Source: an uncultured virus (IMG/VR IMGVR_UViG_2609459938_000002)
Lineage: Duplodnaviria; Heunggongvirae; Uroviricota; Caudoviricetes
Direction: 5' to 3' (one strand)
IMG/VR virus record: IMGVR_UViG_2609459938_000002
Coordinates: 1 to 64,000 of that record
Length of the DNA: 64,000 bases
The position numbers and the translations under genes were made by a program. Of the stretch, positions 39,221 to 48,146 are shown in pieces. Under the pieces are notes generated by a model that saw only the letters and a list, made by a program, of their open reading frames with translations, was not told where the DNA came from and made no database searches. Positions within the stretch are counted from its first letter, which is position 1. Each line of letters starts with the position of its first letter.

Positions 39221-39547
39221 GTGGGATTTCCGTCGCCAGCAGCAGACTATGTAGAAGTACGACTGACCGTCGATAAACTCTGCGGTACCGGCCCAAATAC
39301 TAGGCTCGTTCAGACAGAAACTGGTTACACCGTAGTCGATGTCTCCGTTAAACCAAAGCAAGGAGATACCGTTTTAATTCAATACGGCGGCGGCACTGAC
39401 TTTGCAAAAATTATGGGCCGGGCATTTATTACACGAGACGGTGAGGCGCTGGAAGGTGAGGCACTGGATGATGTTACAGTTGTCGGGGTAGTGACATTCA
39501 TTATCAATCGGACAGGGGAGGATGATGATGATTGTCCGGTGTTGTGA
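39221..39547 (+). CDS. UmuD-like (GFPSPAADY) protein
   Basis: GFPSPAADYVE N-terminus and VVGVVTF C-terminus; no GDSM catalytic motif seen. Confidence 0.7.
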   Translation: MGFPSPAADYVEVRLTVDKLCGTGPNTRLVQTETGYTVVDVSVKPKQGDTVLIQYGGGTDFAKIMGRAFITRDGEALEGEALDDVTVVGVVTFIINRTGEDDDDCPVL

Positions 39548-39713
39548 GACATAGATCCGTGAGCATGAATATTGATAGCTATACTTTCCCCAAAATGAAG
39601 AATTACATAAGCTAAATCAATGGGTTGAAAATGGATGCTTAAGGTAAAAAATTTCCTTTAAACTGATAGAATAAATAATAAAAACAATATGTTAGCTGTT
39701 TTGGTAGTAGATA

Positions 39714-39878
39714 TTGCTGCGCCACATGCAGTGGTTCGAAGCCGCAGACCTGATCGTCAAAGGCATGGAAGGCGCTATCGCCGCTAAGACCGTGACCTAT
39801 GACTTTGAACGTCTGATGGAAGGCGCTAAACTGCTGAAATGTAGCGAGTTTGGCGACGCAATTATCGCGAACATGTAA
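39714..39878 (+). pseudogene. icd: Duplicated 3' end of icd; att junction between the two prophages
   Basis: [54 protein letters not shown], with no 5' part. Confidence 0.95.
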
Positions 39879-39900
39879 TCTGCCCCTCAGATTATGTCAG

Positions 39901-39927
39901 AACGGGAACCTAGTGGTTCCCGTTTTT
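39901..39927 (+). terminator. Terminator after the icd 3' end
   Basis: AACGGGAACC-TAGT-GGTTCCCGTT followed by T run. Confidence 0.8.
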
Positions 39928-39946
39928 ATTATTAGTTTTCGAACGG

Positions 39947-39979
39947 TTATCAAAATTTTATCAAAACAAGTTATCAAAA
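39947..39979. repeat. Three direct TTATCAAAA repeats, probable integrase arm-type sites
   Basis: Copies at 39947, 39958 and 39971 between the att core and the int stop. Confidence 0.65.
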
Positions 39980-39995
39980 TCCCTCCCGAAAAACC

Positions 39996-41123
39996 TCATA
40001 AGGCCACCTTTGTCCACCCCTTACCTCGATCATCATGGTACCTATCCGTTTGTTGTTGAGTTTTGTGTCCAAGTAAATCTTTCGTGTTTATACCCTGGGC
40101 TTTATATAACCGCTCGGAAAGCGATCTTTGTTCATGGAAAGTTGCCGGTGTACCTTGTCCCCAGTCAATATTGGCACTGTCCCTTGCCTTGCTGAAGTTC
40201 ATGGTCAGTGTTCTGGGTTTCACCTGTGCTCCTCGCTCAGCCTGTGAGGTGGTTCTAAAGAAATGAACCAAATAAGGGCTTACTGCATAATCCCGGCAAC
40301 GACTGATTACATCTCGTAGGCTCCAGTTGATTGCGTTGCAACGCAGAGCTAATGGTATAGCGATTTTGCTTCCGGTTTTCTCTTGCTCAACGTGTAGATG
40401 ATCGTCCCAGATGTCCGAGAATTTCATACGGGATATATCACCTAGTCGCTGTCCTGTTACTATGGCTAAAAGCATGGCGTTCCCCATGTATTTGTGATTT
40501 TCATCGGCTATATCAAAAATCTTTTGCCATTCCTCAAGAGTGAGGCGCTGGCGAGTGATCTTTCTACGAGGTTGTTTAGTTGCTAGTGCAGGGTTATAAC
40601 CAGGAGGTACTTCTCCCGCATGCTGAGCTTCTTTAAAAACATCTATTAGGACAGAGCGAATGACCTGAGCCATTCTGGGTTGTCCCTCCGCTAAATATTC
40701 ATCAAGAATTTGCGCAACATCTCGAACATTGACAGCGGATATTAATTTCATTCCTACTCGTTCCTTAAGCAGAGATACTGGTTTTGCTTTTTGTTTGATA
40801 GTGTTTTCTTTAATATCTCCGGACTTTAATCTTTCCTGCTGAATCTTCCAGTAACGTTCAAGCCAAGTGTTAGTTGATATTGATTTTCCTGAGCTGGTGG
40901 AAATTCTGTCAGTGATTGCCATTATCTGGCGGGTTTGTTGTTCCGCCAGTCTTTTATTTGCTTCAATAGCTATTGCCGTGGCCTCTGCTTCATCTGTTCC
41001 TAGACTATGAAACTTACCGGTTATCGGGTGCTTATAACGCCAGTATACTTTATTAACCTTCCTGCTGAAGAGCGGGTATAAATTTGGAATAGATATATTA
41101 TTTTTACGTGGTCTGGCAGCCAT
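39996..41123 (-). CDS. int: Tyrosine integrase, paralogue of the one at 1-1143
   Basis: TGQRLGDI, FHEQRSLS, LLGHK, DRYHD. Confidence 0.95.
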   Translation of the reverse strand: MAARPRKNNISIPNLYPLFSRKVNKVYWRYKHPITGKFHSLGTDEAEATAIAIEANKRLAEQQTRQIMAITDRISTSSGKSISTNTWLERYWKIQQERLKSGDIKENTIKQKAKPVSLLKERVGMKLISAVNVRDVAQILDEYLAEGQPRMAQVIRSVLIDVFKEAQHAGEVPPGYNPALATKQPRRKITRQRLTLEEWQKIFDIADENHKYMGNAMLLAIVTGQRLGDISRMKFSDIWDDHLHVEQEKTGSKIAIPLALRCNAINWSLRDVISRCRDYAVSPYLVHFFRTTSQAERGAQVKPRTLTMNFSKARDSANIDWGQGTPATFHEQRSLSERLYKAQGINTKDLLGHKTQQQTDRYHDDRGKGWTKVAL

Positions 41124-41349
41124 CGTTCAAAATCCTCTGCAAAAGAACAGGGTCGCTTTTCTTTACTACAGGAGTGGTCAATGTACCGACCAACTCAGCA
41201 TCCTCCCTGACGCGCCAGAATCGACCTTCTTTTTTGGCTGGGGGAGAAAACATATTCTGTTTAGCATAATTCCTGAGAGTGGAAACACTTGGAGGATTGC
41301 TTCTGTATTTCTCGTTTGCCCACTCTTCAAGGGTTAACATCTGGAGCAT
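41104..41349 (-). CDS. xis: Excisionase
   Basis: TLEEWA..PPAKKEGRFW; overlaps int start. Confidence 0.88.
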   Translation of the reverse strand: MLQMLTLEEWANEKYRSNPPSVSTLRNYAKQNMFSPPAKKEGRFWRVREDAELVGTLTTPVVKKSDPVLLQRILNDGCQTT

Positions 41350-41401
41350 ATGTTTTACCTCATTATGGCCCATTGCTGGGCCAGTATCTGAAAATAAAAA
41401 A

Positions 41402-43540
41402 TCAGTTTTGCATCAATTTTTGCAGTACCTGATTGCCGGCAATTATTCGCTGCCAGATCGCTGATACATAGCGGGCCTGATGAATAGCATCAGCGAGGGC
41501 ATTGTGACGAGACCCTTCAAACGGGATCGTTGTTTTGGGGTCGAAGCTAATGGCCTGGCCGAGCTCTACCATTGTTCGTACGTCCCGATCGTTCCAGTAT
41601 TCCCACGGATAATCTTCAGCAATGCAATCGTAAGAAGAACGCAGAATAGAGTTGTCGAATGACGCACCGTTACCCCATACCTGCGCCTTTTTGCTCCCAC
41701 CAGTGACATTATCAGAAACAAATTCTCTGAACTGGAGTAATGCATCCTGCAACGGGATAGCATCATCATTTACGATCGCAGAGCGTGCTTCGGAGGACTG
41801 CTTCAGCCACCAGATAACAGTAGATGGATCGATTACGGCGCCCCAGTTCACAGAGGATTCAAGGCATACGACTTTATAGAAACTTTCTCCAATAGAGCCG
41901 GTTGCCGGGTCGAAAACAACCGCACCAATAGCGACGATAGGGGCGTTATGTTTTTTACCCATGGTTTCCAGATCAACCATAACGTGAACATAATCAATTG
42001 GCTGATCTTCCTCCTTATTATGATGACCGGGTTTAATATCTACAGCATCCGTTTGATGAATAACTTCATCTGTTTTTTCTTTTTGGTTAACCTTGCCCGT
42101 AACGTCAACAAGACCTTCAATGGAAAATACTCCGTCCCCAATTTTTGAAACTTCAGGCTTCCTAGTCATGGTAAGGTCTTCGGTTGTCCACTTCGGATCA
42201 GTAGGGTCGCTAATCCCTTCAACATATTCGCCGCGCTCGGCGGCCAGAACCTGATTAGCGTCTGGACGTTGCTTTTGAGCCTCTTTTACCAGTTCGGTAC
42301 CAACTGCTTTAAAGTCGGAGGAGAGTGTTTCCAGTTTTGCGCTGTTATCCTCTCCGGCGATTGCTTGGTTTATTGCATCCAGAGTGACTGCAGCAGATGG
42401 AATATGTCCCGCCTTAGCAAGCGTTTCAGCGCTCGGGGTATCATGCTTATGTTCAGTCAGATTCGCGTTGATGTAGCCTCGCAACCGATCTGGAAAAGGA
42501 GTTATTCCACTGGATGCTTCCCTGATCAGTGCAAAAATCGCTGCACGGGAATAATCAAGGATGCCTGGTGTGCTCCGTAATGCTGCAGACCATTCTTTAA
42601 ATGGACTTTCTTTCTTCTGTACTATTTCCTTCGCGCGGCGGTGGACTGATGCCGGAAAATTATAGATATCAAAATCCATAGGCATCGTCGCAAGGGCGAT
42701 CTCTATATCCAGAGTATCCAGCGAATGCTGATAATCCGGATTGCGGTCAGTTTTGTTACCGCCACCAGCATTGGCGCCGGTATCGGTTTTGTTTATTGAG
42801 ATGATATAGTTTCCAGCAGCCCATTCCTTTGTAAGGATCCCGCGGTCAATGTGTGACGTTTCAAGCCACAATTTGGCGAACTGAATTTGCTTGCCGAGCT
42901 CATGGCGTTTCCCCACAGGAAATACGCTCTTAAATGCACTGGTAAATTTCCACAGGCCAGGCATATCATATTTTTTAAGCTCCGGAATATTTTCTGCCGT
43001 CAGCAGCAGATTCTGCACACCGTGATTATCCGTATCCATTTCCATCGCTGAAAGGCGGTTACGATGAGGAATGCTAATGTGATACACGTGACGCTCGTCG
43101 GCCATATACTGGGCAAGCAGCTGCGTGCGGAATGACATTTCCGCCAGGTTGAAGAGTGCTTCTTCATTGTTCGAATAGTCTTCTTCATCACTATTTGCAG
43201 GAGAGATATCGTTTTCTGGTTTACTGGAGGGCTGTGGTTCAGCAGCCGCCGGCACAACGATTTTTTGCCATGTCAGCCCGTCTTCACCACCAAGCTCGTA
43301 GCGATCGCACCAGGTGTCATCCAGTACACCTTCTTCCGGTAAGTCATCAACGATGAGCCAGTTGGTGCGGATCGGCAGCTGATGGCTGGCGCCGCGGCCA
43401 ACGTTAATTTCAGCGTCTTCCAGGATGTCCAGGATTTTGCGCTCGGCGCGAGAATCGGATTTAGCAGAGAACCAGCAGAAGAGGCTTTTCGCTTCGTTTG
43501 CTTTTGCCTTAGCTTTAATGAGATACGGGTAGTTGTTCAT
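41402..43540 (-). CDS. Exonuclease VIII (RecE)-like N-terminus fused to a DEDD 3'-5' exonuclease domain
   Basis: DLPEEGVLDDTWCDRY, GGGNKTDR; C-terminal VDLETMG..WGNGASFD..HNALADA. Confidence 0.82.
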   Translation of the reverse strand: MNNYPYLIKAKAKANEAKSLFCWFSAKSDSRAERKILDILEDAEINVGRGASHQLPIRTNWLIVDDLPEEGVLDDTWCDRYELGGEDGLTWQKIVVPAAAEPQPSSKPENDISPANSDEEDYSNNEEALFNLAEMSFRTQLLAQYMADERHVYHISIPHRNRLSAMEMDTDNHGVQNLLLTAENIPELKKYDMPGLWKFTSAFKSVFPVGKRHELGKQIQFAKLWLETSHIDRGILTKEWAAGNYIISINKTDTGANAGGGNKTDRNPDYQHSLDTLDIEIALATMPMDFDIYNFPASVHRRAKEIVQKKESPFKEWSAALRSTPGILDYSRAAIFALIREASSGITPFPDRLRGYINANLTEHKHDTPSAETLAKAGHIPSAAVTLDAINQAIAGEDNSAKLETLSSDFKAVGTELVKEAQKQRPDANQVLAAERGEYVEGISDPTDPKWTTEDLTMTRKPEVSKIGDGVFSIEGLVDVTGKVNQKEKTDEVIHQTDAVDIKPGHHNKEEDQPIDYVHVMVDLETMGKKHNAPIVAIGAVVFDPATGSIGESFYKVVCLESSVNWGAVIDPSTVIWWLKQSSEARSAIVNDDAIPLQDALLQFREFVSDNVTGGSKKAQVWGNGASFDNSILRSSYDCIAEDYPWEYWNDRDVRTMVELGQAISFDPKTTIPFEGSRHNALADAIHQARYVSAIWQRIIAGNQVLQKLMQN

Positions 43541-43681
43541 TGCTTTTGGGCTCCTTTGGATTGTAAGATACCCGGCAGCTGATGGCAGCCGCCCTGGTGG
43601 TGGTCATTGGTCAAAACTCGATTCCGGAAAGCTTTGGTCGGCTGACCGGGTACTTAACCCGCCTTGCGCGGGTTTTGTGCT

Positions 43682-44026
43682 TTATGGGGCTGGCGAATCG
43701 CCCCGCAGCAGCTGTGATACGCGAACGTCGTCAAGCGCTCGCAGGATAGGCTCAAAAGTTTTATGGGCTGGCAGTTTAGATACCGCAGTGATCACTTCTG
43801 TAACGGTGATGTCATCGCCGCGGGGGCTATAACCACCACCTGGGCCACGCTGTGAAATAACCAGGTTACCCGCCCGCAGCTTTTTGAAGATCTGCTCAAG
43901 GTATGAAGTAGACAGCTTTGACTCTTTACTGATGGCCGTCAGTGAAACGGGCGAGCCGTCATAGAGCTTATTCAAAGTGGCGGCGGCCTGGACAGATGCC
44001 AGAACGCGTTTCATTCCAAATTCCAT
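43682..44026 (-). CDS. Rrf2-family wHTH regulator
   Basis: SYLEQIFKKLR..SQRGPGGGY. Confidence 0.85.
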   Translation of the reverse strand: MEFGMKRVLASVQAAATLNKLYDGSPVSLTAISKESKLSTSYLEQIFKKLRAGNLVISQRGPGGGYSPRGDDITVTEVITAVSKLPAHKTFEPILRALDDVRVSQLLRGDSPAP

Positions 44027-44068
44027 AATCACTTCTCCGGCCGTAACGGCCATTGGTCAAAACTCGAT

Positions 44069-44263
44069 TCAAAAACTCACTGCAGGCTGTTGGTCGTCAG
44101 CCATGTTTTGTGCATTTCGGTAGGGGAGGCACTGGCCCTGTACTTTTTGTTCATCGGCGTTGCTGTTGCAACTGGCCTCTGATGGATAAACACCGACCAG
44201 AACATCAGAGCATTCACCAGTGAGAGCACAAAGGCTGATGACAAGGGCAAACAGGGTATTCAT
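44069..44263 (-). CDS. DUF1482/YebW-like protein
   Basis: LFALVISLC..GVYPSEASC..CLP. Confidence 0.75.
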   Translation of the reverse strand: MNTLFALVISLCALTGECSDVLVGVYPSEASCNSNADEQKVQGQCLPYRNAQNMADDQQPAVSF

Positions 44264-44382
44264 GCCTCAGCCTCAGGGTTTCCTTTCTGCGCCAGCAAGT
44301 AACACAGCTGGCGTAGTCTCACCTCGAACCAGTTCAGGCGGGTCGCCTGGTTCCCGGTAGGTACTCGGGCAAAATCCTTCAT
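44260..44382 (-). CDS. Small early protein (40 aa, MKDFARVPTG...LLAQKG)
   Basis: Read manually; GGAG RBS; ATGA overlap with next gene. Confidence 0.6.
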   Translation of the reverse strand: MKDFARVPTGNQATRLNWFEVRLRQLCYLLAQKGNPEAEA

Positions 44383-44421
44383 AGTTATCTCCAGTTAACT
44401 CAGTATTAGGATGTGGTTTTG

Positions 44422-44561
44422 CAATGCGGCGCCGGGTGCCTCCCGGTGACGGCAGCCAGTTAACAACTACCGCCGACAACTTTTTCCCCACAACGTGTGA
44501 ATAACCGCCATGTTTACTTTTTTAACTGTGTCGCGTGCGCATAGCCGCATTCACCGCATTG
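44422..44561 (-). ncRNA. Structured RNA motif, copy 1
   Basis: GCGGTG-AAT...TCACCGGGAGGCACCCGG-CGCCGC; covaries with copies at 55554 and 56047. Confidence 0.6.
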
Positions 44562-44653
44562 AAAAGCCTGATAGTCGTCATGCCTGTCTTTTCACCACTT
44601 CAGGCTCGGTGGTATTCTTGGCGCTCTCACACAGCCAAATAAAAGAGAGCAAA

Positions 44654-44968
44654 ATGTCTCGTAGCCCTATACCTGTCTTCTGGTACGAAAATCCCGCTCA
44701 CTACGAAGAATTCCAAAAAATCCTTTTAGATGCTTACGTCCTTCCCTTTGACTACCACGACTGGCGTATCCGCACCGATAGCATGGTGGAGCGCTACGAA
44801 AACAGCGGTATCCAGGCTGTGAAGGTGGTAGCCAGCACTTACGATTTCATCACCTGGTGCCAGGCCCATGGACGTGATATCAGTACCAAAAGCTGCAATG
44901 ATTACGCGGTCTCCGAATCGGGCCTCCAAATCCTGCGCGACAGAGAGTTTGATTGGGGAGACGAGTAA
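44654..44968 (+). CDS. Hypothetical moron antisense to the pL operon
   Basis: 104-aa ORF with GAGAG RBS, oriented against its neighbours. Confidence 0.65.
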   Translation: MSRSPIPVFWYENPAHYEEFQKILLDAYVLPFDYHDWRIRTDSMVERYENSGIQAVKVVASTYDFITWCQAHGRDISTKSCNDYAVSESGLQILRDREFDWGDE

Positions 44969-45297
44969 AAAGTAAATTTTCCCTATCTTGGATATATCTA
45001 TTCTCATAGTGATGTCCTATCTCATGCCTGTAACGCCGGCCGGCGGAACGTTTAAACCTGCTGCGAATTCTTCTTGTCGTCATCTCATCCGGTGTTTCGT
45101 ATGCCGCCGGCAGCTACTTCGTGGGCTTCCTGCCTCGATGACCCATACTGCTTTGTGTGTTTTGAAGTTTCACATGTCGTGAAATTGTTGTCAATACAAA
45201 ATGTGAAATCAAAATTACTCATTTTGTGTAATTTATTGGTAAGGGTACAAAAAAACCGGCTCAAGGCCGGTTATGCAATGCTTATTTTTTGATTGAG

Positions 45298-45681
45298 TTA
45301 GGTGGGGTTGTATCTTCCGCGTAGGTATTTTTCTACATACTCATCAATTTCTTTAAGTCTAAGCTCAAAGGTATCAATCATGCGTTCCTGTTCAGCTTCA
45401 GGCAATTGATTGAATAGGGAAAGAACCCTTTTTTGTTTGTCTGTTAACCAGTTCGATGGATCACTTTGTTCGCCAAATAAAATCATAACGGGCGTGGTGC
45501 CTAATGCTTTCGCTAAGGACAATGCATCATCTACACCAACGTTTCGATTGCCATATTCATAATTGGCGACACGCGACGCCCCAGACCAGCCACATAATTT
45601 CGCAAGCTGCCCTTGGCTCATTCCTTTCTCAGTTCTTAGCGCCTTGATGCGCTCACCGATTTCTTCAGCAAGTGTCTTCAT
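45298..45681 (-). CDS. DicA/RacR-like repressor (HTH, no S24 domain)
   Basis: HTH SQGQLA..VANYE; divergent from cro. Confidence 0.85.
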   Translation of the reverse strand: MKTLAEEIGERIKALRTEKGMSQGQLAKLCGWSGASRVANYEYGNRNVGVDDALSLAKALGTTPVMILFGEQSDPSNWLTDKQKRVLSLFNQLPEAEQERMIDTFELRLKEIDEYVEKYLRGRYNPT

Positions 45682-45691
45682 ACCCTCACTT

Positions 45692-45755
45692 TATCACGAA
45701 GAGTGAATATTGGTGATTCACGTTTTGTATTGACATAAATTTCACGATATGTGAA
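45692..45755. promoter_or_regulatory. oR operators of prophage 2 (TCAC-N5/6-GTGA) with TTGACA -35
   Basis: TATCACGAAGAGTGAAT and TTCACGATATGTGAA; similar site TTCACATGTCGTGAA at ~45169 (oL). Confidence 0.65.
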
Positions 45756-45782
45756 CATCGTTTTACACAACAGGAGAACTGT

Positions 45783-46007
45783 ATGAACTACATTTCGCAT
45801 CTACGGAAAAAAGCCAACATTTCGCAGCAAGCCTTGGCTAAGGCGGCTGGTTGGAACCAACCTCGGTTAGCCAACTATGAAAAATCCTTACGCGTTCCAA
45901 GCCTGGCTGATTCTCGTCATATCGTGGCCGCACTTAATACGTTAGGGGTTAGTTGTTCGCTTGATGATGTATTCCCTCCAGAACCCTCAAATCCTAGGGA
46001 GAAATAA
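45783..46007 (+). CDS. cro: Cro-like HTH protein
   Basis: 74-aa HTH, AGGAG RBS. Confidence 0.82.
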   Translation: MNYISHLRKKANISQQALAKAAGWNQPRLANYEKSLRVPSLADSRHIVAALNTLGVSCSLDDVFPPEPSNPREK

Positions 46008-46009
46008 AA

Positions 46010-46564
46010 ATGCAAACCATCTCTTTTGAAAATTATACCCAAGACATGGCGGTGCAACTGAAAACCAAAAATCACTATTCGCTGACGCGCCGCGATCGCC
46101 AGAAGTGTAGGGCTATTTTTGCCGCTGTTCAGGAATGGGAATCTTCGTTACCTGGTCGCGCGCAGGAGCACGTCGCACAGCAGGTGGCCGAACAGTGGGA
46201 GAAACAAAACGGTCGTGGCATCAGCGTTAATAAACAAAATCTGTACCGCTACCTGAAAAACGAATCTGGATCAGAGAAGTACACCAGTTACGTCATGCAG
46301 CTTTCAGGAGCGATCGCTGATGCGATGCCTATTGAGATTGCGCGCAAACACAAATTGAAACGTGGATTGACTGAAAGCGAGCTGGTGGCTCATGCAATCA
46401 AAGAGTGTAGCGAAGCGCACCAGGCAAAATTGCTTGGCGCTCCGTTACAAAAGTTAGAGCGTGAAATTCGGGAGGCAGCAATTGCACTTTTTAACATGCT
46501 TCCTGCAGATGCGGCGGGACCACTACTGGCGAGCATAAGCGCCGTAGCGCCACAGTTTTTTTAA
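46010..46564 (+). CDS. YdaT-like (CII-position) protein
   Basis: AVQEWE, KECSEAHQAKLLGAP. Confidence 0.75.
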   Translation: MQTISFENYTQDMAVQLKTKNHYSLTRRDRQKCRAIFAAVQEWESSLPGRAQEHVAQQVAEQWEKQNGRGISVNKQNLYRYLKNESGSEKYTSYVMQLSGAIADAMPIEIARKHKLKRGLTESELVAHAIKECSEAHQAKLLGAPLQKLEREIREAAIALFNMLPADAAGPLLASISAVAPQFF

Positions 46565-46608
46565 TCGAGTTTTGACAATGAGTACCGTACAGAAAATAGG
46601 GGGGCTTC

Positions 46609-47595
46609 ATGAGCATTGACGCAATGCGATGGGCCAAAAAAGTCAAGACAGGGAAGTCCTCTGCAAAAGCTGTTCTGACTTGGATGGCCGACATGTGCGG
46701 AGCTGATCTCTGTGCTTTTCCATCCATTCCTGCGCTGGCAGAAGCAACTGAGTTGGATAAGAAAACGGTCCAGTCGAGCCTGCAGTATCTGGTTTCGATC
46801 GGGCTTATTGAAGATACAGGTGAACGGCGTGGAAAGACTAAACAAATCCCGGTTTACAGGCTTCTTGGTGTGGAAGAAAGCGTTGCCGAAATTGAACACA
46901 CCCAAAAACGGGAACATTACCAAAAACGGGATCGTTTAAACGCACCCGAAAACGGGACTGTTTCCTGTACGCAAAACAACCAAACGATCCCGTTTTTTCC
47001 GTCAAACGATCCCAAAAACGGGATCCGGAATCTACCAGAGGAACCAAAAGATATAACCCCCACACATAGGGTTCTGGTCGAACCAGTTATGCCTGACTAT
47101 CCGAATCAACCGGGAATAGTTCCTGGCGAAACACAAGCATTCGGAAAATTTGCGATGTATTTCGGGTGGAAACCTTCCGAGGATTTTCCCCGACTGGCAA
47201 CGATTTGGGGAATGCCATTAAGACCGGGGATAAATCTTGCTGCCGAGTTGAGCAGTTTCATCGCGTACTGGCAGGCTGAAGGCAGGGCGTTTCACCAGGT
47301 GCAGTGGGAGCAAAAACTAGCAAGACATCTTAACCGTGCGGAAGTCCGCCAGAAAAAACCAGTGAATGGGGGTAACGATCATGTGGGAGTACGAGCAGAG
47401 CCAGCAGCATCCAGAGCTGTTCAACAGATTCGAGCCGCCCGTAAGCAACGGTTGCGAGTTGCAGGATCAGAAGGCCGTAGAAACGTCGTGGCACCTATGG
47501 GAAGTGATGGGCGAAATCTTTTCGAACCGATGGATTCTGAAGAACGGAGAGGAACCATCAGAACTCTGGATCGCTCAGATTGGGTCGATGAGTGA
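46609..47595 (+). CDS. Replication initiator (wHTH plus DnaT-like domain)
   Basis: [26 protein letters not shown]; internal iterons. Confidence 0.8.
   Translation: MSIDAMRWAKKVKTGKSSAKAVLTWMADMCGADLCAFPSIPALAEATELDKKTVQSSLQYLVSIGLIEDTGERRGKTKQIPVYRLLGVEESVAEIEHTQKREHYQKRDRLNAPENGTVSCTQNNQTIPFFPSNDPKNGIRNLPEEPKDITPTHRVLVEPVMPDYPNQPGIVPGETQAFGKFAMYFGWKPSEDFPRLATIWGMPLRPGINLAAELSSFIAYWQAEGRAFHQVQWEQKLARHLNRAEVRQKKPVNGGNDHVGVRAEPAASRAVQQIRAARKQRLRVAGSEGRRNVVAPMGSDGRNLFEPMDSEERRGTIRTLDRSDWVDE
46900..47027. repeat. Origin iterons CC(A/G)AAAACGGGA, direct and inverted
   Basis: Four direct copies and one inverted (TCCCGTTTTT) inside the initiator gene. Confidence 0.75.
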
Positions 47596-48037
47596 AGCCC
47601 AGATTACGCTTGTTTGCCGGCAGTGCATGGAACGTTGCGCCGCAGGCAGCACATGGCCGCCGGATCTTGCTGAGTTCGTTGCGCTGGTGTCTGCCAGCGG
47701 TGCTAACCCGTTCAATCTGACATCCGAAGCTGTAATGGCGGAATACAAGCGCTGGAGGAATGAGTCTTACCGATACTCGGGCAGCGACAAATACCCATGG
47801 AAACAGGATGTTCTGTATCACATTTGCATTGAAATGCGCAGAACCGGAGTTGAGAGGAACCTGACTGAGGGGGAGCTGAAAAAACTGGCAGAAAACTTAC
47901 TCACGAAATGGACCAAACACCTGGCTAACGGGTTTTCGATTCCCCCGATTCGCCGACAGCTTGAAGCGCCGCGACATCCGGCAGGGCCGACACCAGCACA
48001 GCTTCTGATGGAAGAGTACAAACGCCGCAAGCGGTAG
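47366..48037 (+). CDS. Replication protein P-like; start uncertain, overlaps initiator
   Basis: [12 protein letters not shown] motif; position. Confidence 0.7.
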   Translation: MGVTIMWEYEQSQQHPELFNRFEPPVSNGCELQDQKAVETSWHLWEVMGEIFSNRWILKNGEEPSELWIAQIGSMSEAQITLVCRQCMERCAAGSTWPPDLAEFVALVSASGANPFNLTSEAVMAEYKRWRNESYRYSGSDKYPWKQDVLYHICIEMRRTGVERNLTEGELKKLAENLLTKWTKHLANGFSIPPIRRQLEAPRHPAGPTPAQLLMEEYKRRKR

Positions 48038-48146
48038 ATTTAACCAACTGATCGCATACTGGCCAATGACCAAAACATTAACCCAAAAAGAGCAGATAGA
48101 AGCATGTTATACTAACATAAAGATAAAAATGGGTATGCTTAATTAT

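Larger units (their letters stand above)
1..39713. mobile_element. Prophage 1, HK97-head lambdoid siphophage integrated at icd (left att just outside the window)
   Basis: Ordered int-xis-early-cI/cro-replication-Q-lysis-terminase-portal-protease-capsid-tail modules ending at a duplicated icd 3' end. Confidence 0.95.

Noticed and set aside
34988..39700. Complete diversity-generating retroelement or retron
   Set aside because: No reverse transcriptase ORF and no template repeat found in the window
39714..39878. Functional icd gene
   Set aside because: Only the last 54 codons are present, with no start or promoter
44273..44491. 72-aa ORF from the track as dicB/kil
   Set aside because: Runs through the RNA motif and lacks an RBS; the 40-aa ORF 44260-44382 fits better, and neither is recognisable as DicB or Kil
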